NCBI GenBank assembly: GCA_964658305.1
Contig: OZ210885.1
Location: 13,206,001 to 13,270,000, forward strand
Direction: 5' to 3'
DNA length: 64,000 nucleotides
Source of the DNA: Leptogorgia sarmentosa
Taxonomy: Eukaryota
Shown: positions 1 to 14,000 of the stretch, in pieces
Layout of the letters: each line of letters starts with the position of its first letter
Numbering within the stretch: position 1 is the stretch's first letter
Made by a program: the position numbers and the translations under genes
Notes under the pieces: model-generated
Database searches by the model: none
What the model was told of the DNA's origin: nothing
The model's input: only the letters and a program-made list of their open reading frames with translations

Positions 1-1827
1 AATGCGATCGTTGCTGCCGAGTCAACTTGAAGTTACAGCTCTCACGTTGTAATCAGCCTTCACGTTGCTTTGAAGACGTTATAATGCTTGGCTTAACGTT
101 GCGTTGATGACAACAAAGCCGTTGATACCACAATTTATGCTTGGTTTTTGTTCAGCATAAAAATTTGTTTGTTCGGAAAGCTCGTCGTCGAGTTGATCAC
201 GTTGTAGATCTTAATGTCCCTAATCCTCTGCTACAAAATTGCTATGACACCATTTTTGAACTTATCCACAATGCAGTTGTCTTTCCATTAGGAATGGCAG
301 AAAAGTCTTGTGATAGTTACAGTTTCATAAAATTTAAAAAAAACTATATTGGTGCAGTGTAAAATAAACCACTGTATGCACACGTCATATTTCGCGCAAA
401 TAAGTAAGTATTAATAATATTACGCCATCCGAATCTCATTTCGTTACACGGATAACTATCCAAATTTTTAAGACCTGTAGCCCACTGCCCCGGTTTTTGA
501 GAAAAGTTTCAGTTTTGGAAGCAGACAAATTGAATTATAGCGTATATATTATGACTATATTTTAAACATCTTCATACATGCCTTTTTAGCTAAACAAAAG
601 CTTTGATCTTGGTTATTCATTGAAATGAGAATATAGTTAATATGCAGTTGATATGGGTGAGGGAACAAAGCTTTACACTCAAAGTAATTGATAATTCATT
701 AGAAAATTAGCCAATCATGTACGGTAGTCGTCGTCTTATGATGATATTTGAAATTTGGATTAGATACTTGAAGAGACATGTTCACCCAGATTTACGCTGG
801 GATAACAATTAATTCGGTCATTTCTTGAACAGGATCAATGTTTACTGGGTAAAAAATAAATAATCTCACAAATGGCTGGAGGGAATGCTTTTGTCTGCAA
901 CATATTATTAATTATTAAGAAATCGTGTGCATAAATGAAATCTGCCAATTTTAAATTGTGAAAGTTCAGGAATTACAAATACAAGTAGGACAACATTCCT
1001 GTGCAATCATTGGTATTCACTGTATAGAACTTTTCCTGTTTATGGCCTCATTCATGCTTTCCAATAATCTACTTTCTGTTCTACCACCAACATCAGCCAC
1101 TAAATTTTATCTAAACAGTAGTAAATATATTATAAATTTCAGTAAACTGTTCGGCATTGGAAAACAGCCATAAGTGTGGCTGCTCTACAATTAAACCTAT
1201 GTTTGTATAGTATGTGGTTGGTGAAATTTACGATTTAATAAACGAATATATAATTTGTTACATCAAAACAGCAATAAATTACGTGTATAGGTTACTTGAC
1301 CGTTATTCTACCACTTTAGTTATCAAGCCAACACTAACAGGGACCAGTAGCGAGTCTTACCCAAGCGTTTAAGACGTCACATTACAGAGTTATTTCGCAT
1401 ACTCAAATTAGTAAATTTCGCTATCAACCCCAGTTGGCTCGATACCTATATCTATGTACTTGCACAACAAAGATGAGGGCATACTTTTATGAAATCCCAA
1501 GAAGTAACGAATGAAAACACACGCCTGTGAAACACGCCACAGTAAATTCCACAAAATTACAGTTACTTTTTTTTAGTATTAAAGATCGTTTCGGTGTTTT
1601 TCTATCGTTTACATTGCTGTTTAAGTTGCTATAGGGACGTAATAGTAAAAATGAAAGTCAGCGTTGTAAGCAGAATGTAGCTGATAGGTTAGTTAATGTA
1701 GTTACTTGTCTCAATCATTTATTTTATCGCCGCAATGTTTTGAAAAATACTCCCAATATAGCCACGATGTGAGTGAAAATGATCTATTACACCCTTTTCT
1801 TTACGTGCTATCTTATTTTATAAACAG

Positions 1828-2046
1828 GGAGAGAAGTTCAACAACTACAGGGACATTCTGGAGTAGTTAGCTGTTTGGCTGTGTCACAAAGTGGAACAAT
1901 ACTAGCGTCAGGGTCGTGGGACGGAAGTACAATCCTTTGGAGAATGGATAGTTATGAACAGCTTTTTGTGTTCCAAGGGAAGAGTAGAGTTAATGCCCTG
2001 GATTTCAGTGCAGATGATCAGCGAGTGTTTATTGGAACAGAAGACG
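1828..2046 (+). CDS. WD40 gene exon
   Basis: taaacag|GG acceptor, GACG|gtaagc donor; LQGHSGVVSCLAVSQSGTILASGSWDGSTILW. Confidence 0.85.
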
Positions 2047-5000
2047 GTAAGCATCTTAAACACAAGTCAAACAAGGATATCAAAATGTTGTTCAGATTAG
2101 GTAAACGAAAATCTGCAGAAACGTTTTCTCGACTTCCGCTCTGCTTAAAAGTTAGCATTAAAGTGCGCGAGTTTCGATAAGAAATAAGATTTTGCTGACG
2201 GGTACGGATTTAACGGTTCTGAAGGAACGCCAGCAACGATGCCATTAGAGAAAAAATTAAATCCTTTTCATACTATGTTTGTCAAATGATCATACTTTCG
2301 GAAATATGTTACCCCGCCGGTACCAAATTCAATATTGGATTATCTTTGATTAAATTAAAATATTTTTTCTTCAAATAAAAATACTTGAAAGTACGATCAC
2401 AAAATGTTTGTTTTACGTTGGTTGGTTGAACCTCGGTTGAACTGTTGTGGATGGCCTCTTTATTATACCTCTTAGCTTCACATTTTTACTATGCTAACTC
2501 TACAAAATATTCTCCTGAATTCTACATATTATTTGCATTTGAATTCTGCTATTTCTTGTAGAACATATTATTGCCGATAAATTTAATTAACATCACTACT
2601 GCATCAATTATATCCAAAAGGCAATAACGTTCCGTAAAAAGAAGAACACTAAAATAAGTTCCTACAAAGCAGAAACAATGACAACAAAAAAGTTCGACTG
2701 TAATATACAACAATTAATATACTGTCAACATCCAAGCACAATTTAAAAGATTGACTTGAAAGATTTAGGTTGACTCCCATGAATTTCTTACGAAAAGTAC
2801 TCTTTCTCTCCAACACCATATTAATTTAGATCGAATTCGTCCTATCACTACAATTGGCTGCCGTATCTCTGGTTTTACGCACCCAACAAGGACAAAAATA
2901 CACTCTTTTTATTCAGCGTAAAAACTCTATATATTTAAGCAATGTTCATATATATAAATTGCAATACAAGGAAAATTTTTTGACTTGAAGGCATTGAAAT
3001 ATACATCGCAGGAAATTGTGACCTAGAATACTAATTATAGATACATAGTTTCGACCTTTAGTTCGATCATAACTCTGCAACCACTGATATTCAGTTCTTC
3101 GGAGTAGTACCAATGAAATCGCCGTAGAAAATTTTATATTTCTACTTTTTTACAAGGGTATAGATAAAAAGGTCTTCCTTAAGGAAAGATGAAGTTTCTA
3201 GAGGGGGGAGAATTTCCTAAACGGGGGCAAATTTCCTAGGAATTTCGTCCCCCGGGGGGTGGAAATTATGGAGGGAGGGCGAGATTCCTGGGACACCTGT
3301 CGTGCTTTTTATGTGGCGTGCGAATAAACCAGAAGTGAGTTTATCCAAGACTGAAAAACATACGAATAACGCACCCTACGTAATCAAACGCATGTTTTCC
3401 ACATGTTTCAGACTATTGCGCAACCTGATTTATCCTGTTTTAGTAAATGCCGTGCGCGTGCGGAAATTTCCGACAATTGCAAAAAAGCTTGTAGAAATGT
3501 TATTTTACCGGGGTTTCCAAACACGCGAGAATAATTGAATTAACTCGACTGTTCACCGCGCGATTTTCTTTATTGTTCTCTCGTGTATGTAAAACACTCA
3601 AGACAATAAAACCCACTCGGCCGTACCGGCCTCGTGCTTTCATTGCCTTTCGTGTTTTACAAACTCTCGAGAACAATAAAAATCGCGCGGTGAACAGTCT
3701 CGTTAATTCAATTATTCTCGCGTGTTTGGAAACCCCGGTAAAACACAAGCACTCGTTTATGAAATATTACAAACGGCATCGTATCGTGTGATTGGACCAT
3801 GTTCATTAATTCTTTTTGTGTTTGATGCCAGGAACAGCAGTTTTACAACGTAGCTGTAGTAAAATGATTTCCTGGGAAAACCAGATACGTCTGTTTTAGT
3901 AGCACCTCTCAACCTTCGCCAAAAGTACAAATTGTTCATATTCAAACAATAATTGCAACAGCTGGTTTGAGGATTCCAGCGACTGCGTATCTTCAAACCA
4001 GCGGTTAACTGTAAACGTCGTGTAGAGCGCAGTGAAACGCAGTGTAAAAACATAAGCCAGCAACAGCCAGAGCATGTTCAGCGCCGGAGAGGGACACAAT
4101 TAAAAACAAGATTTCAAAAAATCGTCTAGGGTTAGACATTATTGAAACATCAGTCTGACGAGTATCCATCATGCGTTGTAGGGCTGAAAGTGTATTGTGT
4201 ATCTACCGGAGAAAACCTCTCAACAAGTATTCCTGAGAGAGTCGAGTCGCTGTGTACGACCAAAGATGGACAGTTCATTGCTACTGTTGGATATCCTGGC
4301 GAGACTATCAAGTTGTGGAAAGCCGATACACTAAATTTCGAGGCCAGTTTGGTTGGCCATACAGATTGGGTGACATGTGTTGTCGCAACAGGTATGCAAT
4401 ACTGTATGAGTTAATATTTCATAACATTTTGAAGATCTTACTTCAATAGAATCTCTTCAGAATTATATTTGTTATTTCATTCGGATAAAACATATTAAAC
4501 AATTATTGAATTCGGTCCTCGTAGGATATGAGGAATTATTCAGGCCGAGGTTTGTGTTATCTGCCGAAGCCGAAGGCTGAGGCAGATAACACAAACCGAG
4601 GCCTGAATAATTCCTCATATCCTACGAGGACCGAATTCAATAATTGTTTTATTATTTATTTGTATATAGCGCTTGCAAAAACACGCAATTGCAAGATACT
4701 GGAAATAGAACAATAATATAGTGTTCGCAAGACTGAATAAGCCAATCAGACTAAAAGGAAAAATGTTCTTATAGCTGTTGTACATTTCAAGGTCGCAGTC
4801 AAAGCAATTCAACATAGCTAAACAAGAATTAAATCAAACAAATTTCTTTCAACTCAATATAAAACTCATGGAAGAATGTTACATTCACATTCCAATATAA
4901 ACAATTCAAATATACAGAGTATTTATAATTACAAAAATGCAAATAATCGAGGAAAATAAACACAATATTTATATAAAAATATAAATAATCGAGAAAACAC

Positions 5001-8000
5001 ACACAATACAAATGATCGACAAAATGAATAGTGTTGTTCAATTGTTCTCACACGAATCTAAATATTAACAGTTTACGCCTTAAAGTTAACTTGACAGTTG
5101 TAAAAATTATATTGTTTGGACGTTTGTGTTGTCGTCTGGAAGCTGAAATCACGCATGATCAATTCCTCTTGTGAGCTTGTTAAAAGAGGCCCAACTTCAT
5201 CATTATTTTCGCTTACCGTAGCCAGGGCAGACATGTCAGGGTTGATGGCGTTAGATGGAGTTTCGGCTATGTGATGTTCACTTGAATCAATTGCAGAAGA
5301 CAAACAACCCGCCATTCTGCTCTTCGTTAATTCGCCCGTTTTGGTGTAGCTCTTTAAACTGCTCTCACTCTTGTGACCACTGACGGACATGATGTGTCTC
5401 GCTTCATAGCCATTTCTGTCGAGGATTGTAATTGTGGTTGCACGAATCGAGTGGTTTGTATATTCAACGGAAAGCTTTGCTTCTTTTGATAGTACTTTCA
5501 TCTTCTTCCCAAGCGTGTTTTCGCCGACGACCATATTGTCATACCAAATGATCCCGTCAGAAGGACTGCAACGCTTCGGTCTTTGGAAAAGAAACTCGTT
5601 GAGTGGATTTAGATGGGTCAAATATTTCTCGAACGAATACACAGGACAGTAGGGACTATCGTTCGCAACCATCATTCCCCCTTCCTCGGCTTGAGCGTCG
5701 TTCACCCGGTGGTTTTTTGTAAGTTCGTCCGATTTCTTGACAACACATCGCTGTCCTTGCGCGTTTATTTTAATAGCGAAGTCGTCTTTCTTTAGTTGGC
5801 GAAGATTCTGTCTTCCCCGACGACAGAAAAAGAACAAAATTTCAAAGAACACTTTGTTTTGCAAAGTAGCGGGACTGTCTGTATTAAAAACGCCGCTTTC
5901 ATATAGTTTTTTGATGTCTTCGTCGGCTATTGGCGGCTTGTGTTCGGTTTTGGCAAGTCCTCGTTTCTTTAAATATACGCACTGAGCCTCGTACACGCTA
6001 TTTGCTTCGTCAAATTCTTTATCCTTGATAATATCGTAGTTGAAAACAGACTTAAAATGTCTATTCAGTCCAAATCTTAATGAACACAGCGAATTTTTTG
6101 TGTATTCTGACCCGTCTTTTTTTCTCACTTCCGCATAAAAGCTTTTGAGAACCGAAGCTAGTTCTTCGCTATTCTCTGGATGGTGAAGCTTCTTCTCTCG
6201 TAGATACTCTTCAAAAATCGCTTTGCTTCCTTTTGTAGATTTTTTTGTGTTCACTGAGTCCCTGTCTTCCAGCAATTTTCTGATTTCAGCTTCTCCAAGG
6301 TCGGCGAACCTTTCCTTTGAGGAAGCCATTTGTATTTCCACAATTTTCCCGCTTTTGGCATATGCAGAATAAATTAGTCGACGTCATAGTGTCGTATAAT
6401 TTTCCATATACGACATTATGACGTCATAATGTCGAATATGAGGATTTATTGCACTGCTCTTAACCAATCAAAACTCTTGAATTATTTGAAATAAATAATA
6501 ATATTTATTATAAACTTCCTTAATGGTTCAATAAAGCAATGATTGGACGGGAATATCATGTTTTGGAATAAATGTTCCCAATTATTGCACAAAAATACCT
6601 GCTTGCAACAGCATTCTAATATTGTAATTAAAAATTATGCCTAGAAAGAAAGCAAAGTCTTTCCTTAAATGTTAGTATGGTGGTAGCCAGTGCTTTCATG
6701 TACAAGCACTATTTTAGGACTTTCTCATTTCTTTCAAATTTTTAGGCTGGTTGTATTTGTATATGCTAAGAGTATTTTAAAATGGCCATTAGATTTATCT
6801 ATGCTAGCTTTCTAAATATACTTTGAGACAATTTGCTTGTTTGCGTATATTTCAACTGATTACCCTGTGTCGCAGACCTTAATGTATAAATTGTGATACT
6901 GTACAAGTAGATTCAAAAGACTTGGCATTTAGGGTATTGTATATTTTATTAGCGTTGAGACCTCTTGTAAGTAATAATAGTGTGCCGTAAAAATAAAAGC
7001 AAGCTCTGAAACAAGGGCATAGGAATCAAGTTGTAGTTTGTAGGGGAGGGGGAGGCACAAGGACAACAGAATCCAAACCTTTACTATTAAATGTTGCAAC
7101 TTTAAATAAAAACTTGTTCCTGTATTTGCAACTTGCAATCAGGAAGGCGGCATCTTGGAAAAAAAACATTTAAAAGCTAATGAATGATGGAATCCTACAA
7201 AATATTTTAGTACATTTGGGCAAATTCTCATGTCTATCAGAATGCTGTACAAATCCTAGGCATGAAAGAAGGTCAATTTCTTTTTTAAAACGGCACTTAT
7301 AACCATGAAAGTTGGGGGTGAAAGTGCCCCACCATCCTACGCCACTGCTCTGAAATGCATTTCATAGGGATACATCAACCAAGAACAATTCTAGCCGTTT
7401 CACATGTATCTAATTAATGCACATGTATCAAATTGAACTACAATATATAATAGAATTCAATACAACAGAATATGACAGCATTTTATACCATTTGTTTTTA
7501 ACTTATGAAATTATATAGATAAAGTAACAAATGGATCGAAGCCAACATGAATGTTGTTTGTAAAGTAATATTGTTTTAGATATACTGTCCATTGCCAAGA
7601 TATACATATAGCCAGGTGTCGTTTGACTTATCTTGTCCATCTTGACTTCAGACCCTCTTCTTCCAACAGACAAAATTTATATAGTTTGACCTGTTTTATA
7701 ATTGTTGTGAGATATTGGGGGATATTTCTGTTTTCCTGCTTTCAGGCGGCAAGTAGATGGTGGGGGCTTAATAAATTTTCACCCAAATTTGGTACCGTAA
7801 ATATACTAATTCACACAACACATCCAGAATATCAATTAACTTCATTACGCATTAAAAATAAAGGAACGAAAGTTTTTTTTCATAAATGTTTTGCTTGATT
7901 CTCAGCCGAATTGAACCAAAATGTAATCATCTCTTCCTTGTGTAATGGCAAACAATTGTGCAAGATGTTCGATATTTCACAAACAAACCAGGATGATTAT

Positions 8001-11000
8001 ACATAACCTCCTCGCGGTCGTAATGAGCTTTAACATTATGCTTATGCAAAACTAACTGGAAGAATAATGTTAATTCGTGATCATGACTATTGTACTTGCC
8101 AGACGGTTCGCCCATATTTTGAGTATTTCAAATTTATCCTGACACATTGGAATTTCTTTTTGCGTCAATTTCTCTTCAATATCCTAACGGTACCAACAAA
8201 ATAAACTTTCGGTATTCTACTACTGTAGAATCCATTGCCTGGACATGCAGAATGCATATATAAAAATTTCTCCTGTCAGCGATCGAGTTATTGAATATAT
8301 TTAGGATATCATGTACTTTGCTTTCCCTTGTTTTTTTGTGCCAGTTCGACTAAAGTGCGAAGTTTCTCTTTTAGATTCAGGAAAAAACAATCCAATGCTC
8401 GTGTCTGGTTCAGACGATGGGACAATAAAAATTTGGGATTTAAAAACTTATCAAGAAATTCGTACTCTTAAGGGTCATGAATCCGATATTACCAGTGTCG
8501 CTTTGAGCGATGATAAAAAGAATATTATCTCTGGAGACAAGGAAGGAAGTGTGAGGTTGTGGTGTTTCCACACTGGAAAGTGCCTTTCCTGTTATGAAGG
8601 TCATACCAGTTACATCAGGTGGGTTCACTCTAGCAGCTATATCTAATTTAGCGAAAGGATCGTTATGCAGGCAAGGCAACAACGAAGACCCGATACATAA
8701 CATTAAGCTTAACATACAACACATTCTGTTTTGTGTAATTGTATTAATTTATTACGATATTTAACAGTCACACTTAGACGTACTGCTTCTTGAAATCGGT
8801 TATTGATGAATTGAAAAGATAGCGAAGATGAACGCCATCAAAGTAATTTTCAGTCATCCATTTGTTCGCAACGCTACAAGAATTTCTATTTATTACACTG
8901 ATATACTAATTGGCTTGTGGCTATAGTCGTGCTTATTTGCAATGGACGACTTGGGCTTTAGAAAGATTTTAATGAGGGATAAACGTAGGAAATTAAGCGC
9001 ATGACATCCAATGCAACATAATTTTACCTGTTGTACATCTTTCATTACCCTATCTTGTATTGTTGCTTTCGTTGATTTTCTGCAGTACTGAACTCTACAA
9101 TATGTCTATAGGGCTCCCGTTGATAACAGTTATTTTTATTACTGACGGGACTACCCAATGTGAATAAAAGTTTTATCTATCTATCTATCTTCTTAATTGT
9201 TGACATAGTAATAGAAAGATTTTTGCAAAAATTAAAGTGACCATAGGTGTAGTTTTCATTTGCACTAAAATTTGATGAATACGACATATTTCCCAGATCA
9301 TGTATGAATAAATTATACAGCATATTTTGATAACATTGGTCTGACAGAGATCGTCTTTGCCTTTTTTCGGTAGAAAAAATTATTATTAGAAATAAACAAT
9401 CAACTTCTAATATTTCAGAGGTGTCGCAATAATTCCCAATGCAAAGAAGGCATTGACAGCGTCATGGGATGGAAGTATCAGGGTTTGGAACCTGGGAACT
9501 GCTGCGTACATGGAACAATACAGTCTCTCTGATCATTTAAATGACGTCACAGATATCACAATCGCTCGTGATGAGTCTAGATGCGTTACCGCTTCAAATG
9601 ATGGTACTTTCAAAGTTTGGAATCTTCACACACATGCACAGTGCTTTTCTGTGAAAGGTATAGTTCAAATTGTCTATTTGGGTCAGCTTTCTTATAAATA
9701 GGTTGCGGACGATCTCGTTTTCATTTCATTTCACTGACTAAATTCATTTTTATTTTACTAAATTGATATTGTCTGCAACGCTCTGCACGGATATGAAGAC
9801 AGAAAACCGATGGTTAAGTAGAGTTGAATGGATAGCAGGATTTCGTAAATTAATAAAGTTAATTGCCGTTAATTTGTATTTCCTAAGATAATTGCATGTA
9901 AAGAAAAGAATTACTTTGATATTCTTATAACCAATCATAATTACAAAATTTCAACTAGTTTCATGCAGAATGACGAAATAAAACTTGAAAACAAAGCAAT
10001 AAGTGGTGAGAAATTTTATATTTTGGTATTTCGCTCGTGTTGTGTTTGTCATTGTCATCTGTGTGTATCAAATATTCCGTATCTCTACACTATTCCTTGT
10101 ATTCAATAAACAAATTACTTCATGCGCAGTTGGCTCGTTTATTCGAATTTTATTATTTACAAATCGTACACATCTCTATTTACATCATTGACGAAAGGGA
10201 AATGTTTTATGAGATTTGGCGATTGTCTACTTATACACTTTGCTTTAGAAAATTCGTACAGTTCCTCTCGTTTACAGAAAGACAATACATAGAGATTGAT
10301 GGCTACTTCACGGTTGACGAGTGCATACGATTTGTATTTACCAATTGTGAAGGATCGTTAAAATAAAGGAGATCGCTGGATGGTATACTCCAAAATAAGA
10401 TATCCGCGACTGCTGTACATTCACGTCAGCGGTGATAGAAATTTCTATTGGCGTACTCACAAAATAAACCAGTCCCAAACCATAAATCTGACCCTAACCT
10501 TTGGTTATGGTTTGGTACTCGTGGTTAGGGTCAGATTTATGGTTTGGGACTGGTTTATTTTGTGAATACGCCAATAGAAATTTCTATCACCGCTGACGTG
10601 AAGGTACAGCAGTCGCGGATATCTTATTTTGGAGTATACCATCTAGCGATCTCCTCAAAATAAACGAGTGACCCCGTGAGAAATCGAGTGACCCCGTGTG
10701 AGCTTTGCGATCACAAGGAGTAAATAATAATAACGGTACAATGGAGCAACTGTGAAGTTTTTTGTTTATTACAGGAGTATAAAGAAGAGTGTAGAGATAC
10801 GGAATATTTGATACTGAAAGACAACAATGACAAACACAACGCAAGCAAAATATCAAGATATAAAATTTCTCACCACTTATTGCAACAATGAGTTTTTGCC
10901 TTGAACCGTGGATAGATGCACACTCATTTCTCTTCTTGTTTGAAATATGTCTATACGAAGTCTTGGAAAGGATTTAATGTGAAGTTACAGGGTTCCACAT

Positions 11001-14000
11001 AAAGCGTATCACGGTTGTTGTGCAGTTTCAGCGTGCGTTTTCCAGTCCATTCTTTTGATAGTTTATGGTCTAGCCCACTAAAATAAGGTTCAATATACGA
11101 CCCGTGAAGGTTCGGCCGGATATAATAACGTCAACAAGCAACAAAAGTTCTACTTACTACCTAAACGTTAGAAAACAAACTCACTGCCTATCGTTCAGTT
11201 GGTGAATAGAAATTTTGCTGCTTGTTAAAGTATCCAGCCATATTATAGATACAGTATTTAATCCACTCCTCAAGAGTTTTCTTTTCATTGCATATAAATC
11301 CTTAAATTGCAAAGATTTTTACATTAATTTTAATAACGCGTCCAAGCTGATCATGCACATCTCATTTCTGACTGTTTCAGAAAATATCCTTTTAATGTTT
11401 ACTTCAATTTCTGGATTGATTATTTTTCCTTCCTGATCAATAGGTGTCCTTGAATGGGCAAAAGATGTTGCAGTCTCTGCTGATGATCGCTATGTCGTGT
11501 CGCTGTCAAAGGATGGGTGGAATATCTCATTGTCAAGGAAGTCCTCGATAAAGGTGTAGTACACAAGGCTACTAGTCATACTGTGCATATAGAAATACAA
11601 AACAATAGAAACGTCCAAACACAAGAAATTTTTTGAATTGTTTGTTCCACGTTTCGACCCGGCGTATTCATTATTAGGAATGTATACAATTTTTACAAAA
11701 CATGGGTACATATACTTGTGAAACGCATTAATAATTCATGAAGAAAACACAGACGAAATCATCAGCGTGCAGGTGTCAGTATATGTAATACGCAGATTTC
11801 GGTTGATTGGCATAAACTATAACTTTGATTTTCTGATGTTATATCAGATGTGTTCTTAAATTAAAGAAGATTTGTATCAGACCTTCAGGGCCGCCAACAG
11901 GTAGGCGTGGGCCCGGGGCAAATTTATTTTAGGAGCCCCTATCTAATAAAATTTTCCCGGAAAAACTTTCTGTCGACAGGGGGGGGGGGATGGAAACTAC
12001 AAAAAAAAATTCCAGACGGGAACGTTGCGATTACTTCCGACCGACTTTATCTCTTCTTTACGCCAAAACTCGGTACTACGCCCAAACAACCAGAGATTTT
12101 GTCCTTTGCGCGGGATTATTCAACAACCGAAAAAGACGACAGGGGCCCAACAAATAGTTTTCAGGGGCCCCAGCACATCGGGGCCCGGGGCAATTTGCCC
12201 CCCCCATGCCCCCCCCCTCTCGGCGGGACTGCAGACCTTAGATAATGGACAACATCCCCGTTATGCGCTTTGTTTTGAACCCGGTAACTTCACATTCAAT
12301 CCATTCCAGGACTTCGTACTGACATATTTTAAACCAAAACAGAAATGAGTGTGCAACTATCGACTTTAATGATTTATATCTGTTACAATCACCACAAAAG
12401 GCTCATGTTATAAGGCTGATGATACAATATAACGAAAACTCCAGTAGACTCCTGAACTCAAATAAACTAACCAAACTTTCTCCAGTAACTTTATTCACGG
12501 GGTTATATAAATGCAGTTAAATGCGTACATAAACAGTGAAGACATAAATTAAACAAAATCGTTAGAAAGATTATATTGTTGGGGAAGTGTTAGAGTGACG
12601 GAAATTGTATTTCTCCTCATACAGTTACGAATTCACATTAGGTTTTTTCCACAAGATCATGCATGATTGTACCGATCGTTAAAACAAATTCCCGCCTTAA
12701 AACGCCGGAAAACGTGTTTCTGTGCGCCTTAACTAAATTTAAAATGTCCTGTTGAAGCATGTCCCCGCCCCTAACCCATAAACACGCTGAAAATTTTGTT
12801 TTGTATTGCCTGGATTGCCATTTTTCTGGCCTGAGACAGAAAATTTATGACTTTCGCAATACATCGGCAGACACCGTCATCTCTATAGGTAGCTAGTAAA
12901 ATGCATGTCACACGTTGGAACGGTCGAACCGACTTGTCATCATAGCTTTGTTTGTATTGTGGGTTGGTTGATTGGTAAAGGACTAGGTAAAATCTCACAC
13001 AATTTCGGTTTCACATTATGTTCAAGCAATTTTTCAGCACTTGTTTGTGGGATATATTCAGAGCGCAACTAATTTAATCTAATATAGTTAAATTTGCTGA
13101 GTTCACTACCACAATTTACTAAACTTACTGAACTTGTTTCAAAGTTTGTTATCTCTTTCGCAACTACTTTTATTTTCTAATTCGCATGACTCATTTAATT
13201 CCATATTGAACCGCTTATAAACTGAAACGGGTTTTCAAAGATTCTGATACAACGTAAAATGTTTGTCAAGTTCATTTTTTTCGCACAAGGGTGGACTGAC
13301 TCGAGGAAGATGTACTTTTCTCTTTACTATAAACTCGATCCTTTGCTATTGGAGTTACTGCGTTGAGAGGAGACATCCTTTTTAAACAAATAGCGTAAAA
13401 TATCTTAATAATCGCACGCACGTAATACAAAGCACTAAAACTATAATAATTGTTCAGTAAGGATGCTTTTTGGGACATTCGCACCACTTTTTTCATGAGA
13501 TGGCAAAATTTCCTGTTCGAGCCCATTAATCCACTGTTCTCGAACTACTGGATTTATCATCCTTTTGAAGTTAGAAATTTTTAATGATACGTAAATGGTA
13601 TCGCATATGCATGCATGTCGGATTATAAAGAAAATGCTTTTGCTGTTCAAGACATACACATAAGTTGTCATAACTTTTTTAAAAGCTTCACAAAGGATAT
13701 TCTGATCGTTCGGGGCCGTTACTGAGGAGCCCCTTCATCAGCACAGATAACCACAGTAAAAAAAATTAAGATTTTATTTGTAATTGCGGTAAAAAGAGAG
13801 CAATACAAGCACAATGTGCATGCAATGATGCGAGTACAAAAAGTAACAACCACGTGTTTTGCGGGCCACTAACCTCCTAAACACCCATACGTTAGGAGGC
13901 GCTGAATATCATCCTTCAGGGTGACAGAACAAAGAATCACACGGCGTACTTCTTGGTGTGACCTCATTAGTCATTCACGAGCAAATTTGAACGAAAAAGA

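Noticed and set aside
4130..4181. Longer 5' version of the second WD40 exon
   Set aside because: The acceptor at 4129 gives phase 0, incompatible with the upstream phase-1 donor; 4181 fits
5073..6329. Phage integrase or bacterial contamination
   Set aside because: DUF3504-type N-terminus, Crypton hairpin and location inside a spliceosomal intron indicate a eukaryotic Crypton
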